A stretch of 32,000 nt of DNA from Ktedonobacterales bacterium (GTDB lineage: Bacteria > Chloroflexota > Ktedonobacteria > Ktedonobacterales > JADMIN01): contig CP126532.1 in the NCBI GenBank assembly GCA_030167145.1, positions 4,740,001 to 4,772,000 of the forward strand, in the 5' to 3' direction. Each line of letters starts with the position of its first letter. Within the stretch, counting starts at the first letter, position 1. Under the pieces are notes generated by a model, which was not told the origin of the DNA, did not search any database, and saw only the letters and a program-made list of their open reading frames with translations. Of the stretch, positions 31,362 to 32,000 are shown piece after piece. The translations under genes and the position numbers were made by a program.

Positions 31362-32000
31362 ATGAGCATGTCCGATAGTCCTATATCCAGTACCCCCGCA
31401 TCTTCTCTGGCGAAGGGTGTGGCCGCGCCCCGGCGCGACGCGCATGCACGGCGTGCGGCCCCACGTGCGACCAATGTTGAAACGGGCACGTCAACTCTGC
31501 TCACCGTGCCAGAGGAGATGATACATAACGAAGCGAACACACCTGACCTGGCTGCGCCGCGACGAATGCCAGGCATCACCGATATATGGCGCGCACAGGA
31601 AGTGATTCGCCCGCATGTGTATCACACGCCACTGTTGCCATCACGCACGCTCAGTGCCATGAGTGGCGCGAATGTCTGGCTGAAAGCGGAGAATCTCCAG
31701 CGGTCGGGGGCATACAAGATTCGTGGGGCGACGTATAAGCTGTCGCGGCTGACGCCAGAGGAACGCGAGCGCGGGGTGATTACCGCTTCAGCGGGCAATC
31801 ACGCGCAAGGCGTTGCCATCGCGGCCGCCGCGCTGGATATTCCCTGCACTATCGTGATGCCGGTGGGGGCGCCACTGGCGAAGGTGACGGCAACACGTGG
31901 ATATGGCGCGTCGGTAGTGCTGTCCGGCGAAACCTACAATGAATCCTACGAAAAGGCATGTGAACTTCAGCGCGAGACTGGCGCGACATTTATTCACGCG
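31362..32000 (+). CDS. Threonine/serine dehydratase (PLP fold-type II), 5' part, continues beyond the window
   Basis: The frame is open from 31281 to the window end. TPLLPSRTLSAMSGANVWLKAENLQRSGAYKIRGA (PLP-lysine motif) and VITASAGNHAQGVAIAA are present. The start is uncertain (ATG 31299, 31362, 31368 or 31566). Confidence 0.8.
   Translation, partial: MSMSDSPISSTPASSLAKGVAAPRRDAHARRAAPRATNVETGTSTLLTVPEEMIHNEANTPDLAAPRRMPGITDIWRAQEVIRPHVYHTPLLPSRTLSAMSGANVWLKAENLQRSGAYKIRGATYKLSRLTPEERERGVITASAGNHAQGVAIAAAALDIPCTIVMPVGAPLAKVTATRGYGASVVLSGETYNESYEKACELQRETGATFIHA

Overview
High-GC (about 60%) bacterial chromosomal segment. The gene content and GAGG-type ribosome-binding sites look Chloroflexota-like, but that taxon guess is inference only. 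Most of the window is housekeeping: hslVU, tRNA-Thr(CGU), GTP-dependent PEP carboxykinase, a mutY-like glycosylase, RidA, cupin, a UbiA prenyltransferase, rtcB, a purF/purM/purN cluster with an embedded Roadblock/LC7 gene, a glycine-rich RRM RNA-binding protein, an agmatinase-family enzyme, and the 5' part of a threonine dehydratase that runs off the window end. Three patches deviate from this background. (1) Downstream of tRNA-Thr lies a decayed integrative or plasmid-like relic. It consists of an intact consensus promoter and a RepA/AAA_25-like ATPase gene broken by two frameshifts, bracketed by two copies of a quasi-palindromic 9-bp-iteron module. (2) At 17.8-21.8 kb, a self-contained 52-codon gene with its own promoter, RBS and a 14-bp-stem terminator heads an ABC ATPase, an ABC-2 permease and two paralogous GNAT genes. 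This is the best candidate for an undescribed small-peptide export or acylation locus, but the functional link is only inferred. (3) A structured, terminator-ended leader or sRNA-like element sits directly upstream of rtcB. Many long ORFs in the six-frame track are antisense shadows typical of high-GC DNA and were not called. All calls rest on motif recognition by eye; no database search was possible.
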